Shown here: positions 62,799-64,000 of the stretch, piece by piece
How positions within the stretch are numbered: the first letter of the stretch is position 1
Layout: every line of letters starts with the position of its first letter
DNA from: Nitrospirota bacterium
GTDB lineage: Bacteria; Nitrospirota; UBA9217
DNA length: 64,000 nt
Assembly: GCA_963754875.1 (NCBI GenBank)
Contig: CAVWHO010000016.1
Coordinates: 96,001 to 160,000 of the forward strand
Direction of reading: 5' to 3'
Position numbers and translations under genes: made by a program
Notes under the pieces: generated by a model
Database searches by the model: none
The model's input: the letters and a program-made list of their open reading frames with translations, nothing else
Told to the model about the DNA's origin: nothing

Positions 62799-62993
62799 CT
62801 ATAAAACCTTAGTGCCTTTTCGTTCATTGAGGAGTCCAATATATTTGTTTTTGAGCTCTTCCAACTCGAGACGTTCATTATGGATTGTTTCCCTGATGAA
62901 ACTGTGCGCCTCTTTGGCTTTCTTGATTTGTTTATCAATTACTAACGATGCCGCTGCGGCAGCTGAACCAAATAACAAATGAATCATAACCAA
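62799..62993 (-). CDS. Small hypothetical protein (hydrophobic N-terminus, coiled-coil-like tail)
   Basis: Strong GGAGAGGAGGAG RBS. Confidence 0.5.
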   Translation of the reverse strand: MVMIHLLFGSAAAAASLVIDKQIKKAKEAHSFIRETIHNERLELEELKNKYIGLLNERKGTKVL

Positions 62994-63097
62994 CTCCTCC
63001 TCTCCGATCGTTAGTGACTATACTTCATTTTCAACTATGATTTAATTATTAAAAACCCCATCAGCTGCGCACCTGAGTAGCTGCGAACAATTAGGTA

Positions 63098-63418
63098 TTA
63101 GGCCCGTTTAACATATTTGGCTTTTGCATTTTCAAACGAGCTCTGGAAGCTGTTTTTAGCGATCTGTAAAAGCACGACAATGTCGGCTTTTTTTATCTTT
63201 GAATTCATGAGCGCACTTTCCTCAATTATTTTAGCGGTTGCGATGTGGAAATGCTCACCGATATTCGCCTGCATGTTTTTGACCACATGGTTGACCTTCT
63301 CCGTTAATCTCTTTCCCGGTTCTGATATTGTGACCAACGATATGCCCTCGGAGATGAGAGTGCCTGCAAATACTGATACGAATAAGACGGATCTAGATAG
63401 CTCTTTTTTTATCGGCAT
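63098..63418 (-). CDS. Hypothetical protein
   Basis: AGAGGA RBS, co-oriented with neighbours. Confidence 0.55.
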   Translation of the reverse strand: MPIKKELSRSVLFVSVFAGTLISEGISLVTISEPGKRLTEKVNHVVKNMQANIGEHFHIATAKIIEESALMNSKIKKADIVVLLQIAKNSFQSSFENAKAKYVKRA

Positions 63419-63471
63419 AATTTCCTCTTTTTTTGCGAATTGTTATACTCTGTTCCTGGTCGAAGCGAATG

Positions 63472-63903
63472 TCACCGATACAGCGGCACCCTCTGCTTTG
63501 AAATCAAGAAAAACGCCAGGTCCTGATCAAATGTTTGAATGTGCTTTATCAACCAATTGAGATACTCAAATTCAATGACTACCATCATTAGAGAAGGTGT
63601 TCTTTCCTCTGAAAACAGTTTTTTTAACATTACGAAATTCTTGAGAAATTTCATATGTTCCTCTTTGTGGTCGTCATATTTCGGGTAGTCATTTTTCGAC
63701 ATATACTCTTCTTGTAATTGAAAATTGTCAATTACATGTCCCCCGAAAAACCGGATAATGCGATCTATCTCCGCTTCATCAAGATTGTTTGAATCAAGAT
63801 CGCGAATAACATTTATTCTGTTAATAATTACTTCCAGGCCTTCATCAATTTTGTCTATGCCTGTCGCTAATTTTGCATTCCATTCCATTATTGTAGGCTC
63901 CAT
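63472..63903 (-). CDS. Bacteriohemerythrin-like protein with degenerate iron ligands
   Basis: MEW...TGIDKID, EEYM...YP.YDDHKEEH, WLIKHIQTFD. Confidence 0.8.
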   Translation of the reverse strand: MEPTIMEWNAKLATGIDKIDEGLEVIINRINVIRDLDSNNLDEAEIDRIIRFFGGHVIDNFQLQEEYMSKNDYPKYDDHKEEHMKFLKNFVMLKKLFSEERTPSLMMVVIEFEYLNWLIKHIQTFDQDLAFFLISKQRVPLYR

Positions 63904-64000
63904 CAACTCTACCTCATACATAGTTAAGGCGATGCTGATAAATAATTTCCCCAATGCATCCCGATGTTGTTGTTTATGATAATCTTTACGGCATACTAAG

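Overview
A 64-kb bacterial chromosomal window, moderately GC-rich with AT-richer accessory stretches (~14.4-16.1, ~38.8-40.6 and ~58-64 kb, judged by eye). Gene content suggests an anaerobic/microaerobic Nitrospirota- or Desulfobacterota-like organism (inference). Housekeeping core: aspS, a DksA/TraR-like gene, tRNA-Met(CAT)-tilS-hpt-ftsH-folP-cdaA-cdaR-glmM-comEC, a LysR regulator and DUF47-pit. Two signalling clusters (9.4-20.3 kb and 51-64 kb) flank it. They carry heme-c (CxxCH) periplasmic sensor kinases and chemoreceptors, a triheme cytochrome, three Cys-rich 'two-CW' proteins, a sigma54 activator and several sigma54 -24/-12 motifs, including a divergent pair at 10.8/11.1 kb. Highlights: (1) a 55-aa dual-CxxC selenoprotein candidate missed by the ORF track (6246-6413, minus), with an in-frame TGA and a SECIS-like hairpin; (2) an acyl-CoA dehydrogenase-ETFbeta-ETFalpha triple fusion; (3) a 1465-aa PPDK-like dikinase lacking the pyruvate-binding barrel; (4) a YihY-cNMP fusion; (5) candidate structured RNAs and palindromic elements; (6) a deleted sulfur-operon relic. 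Several +1 frameshifts (glmM, comEC, lysR, a kinase) look like sequencing/assembly errors rather than true pseudogenes. No CRISPR array, rRNA, intact transposase or prophage was seen.
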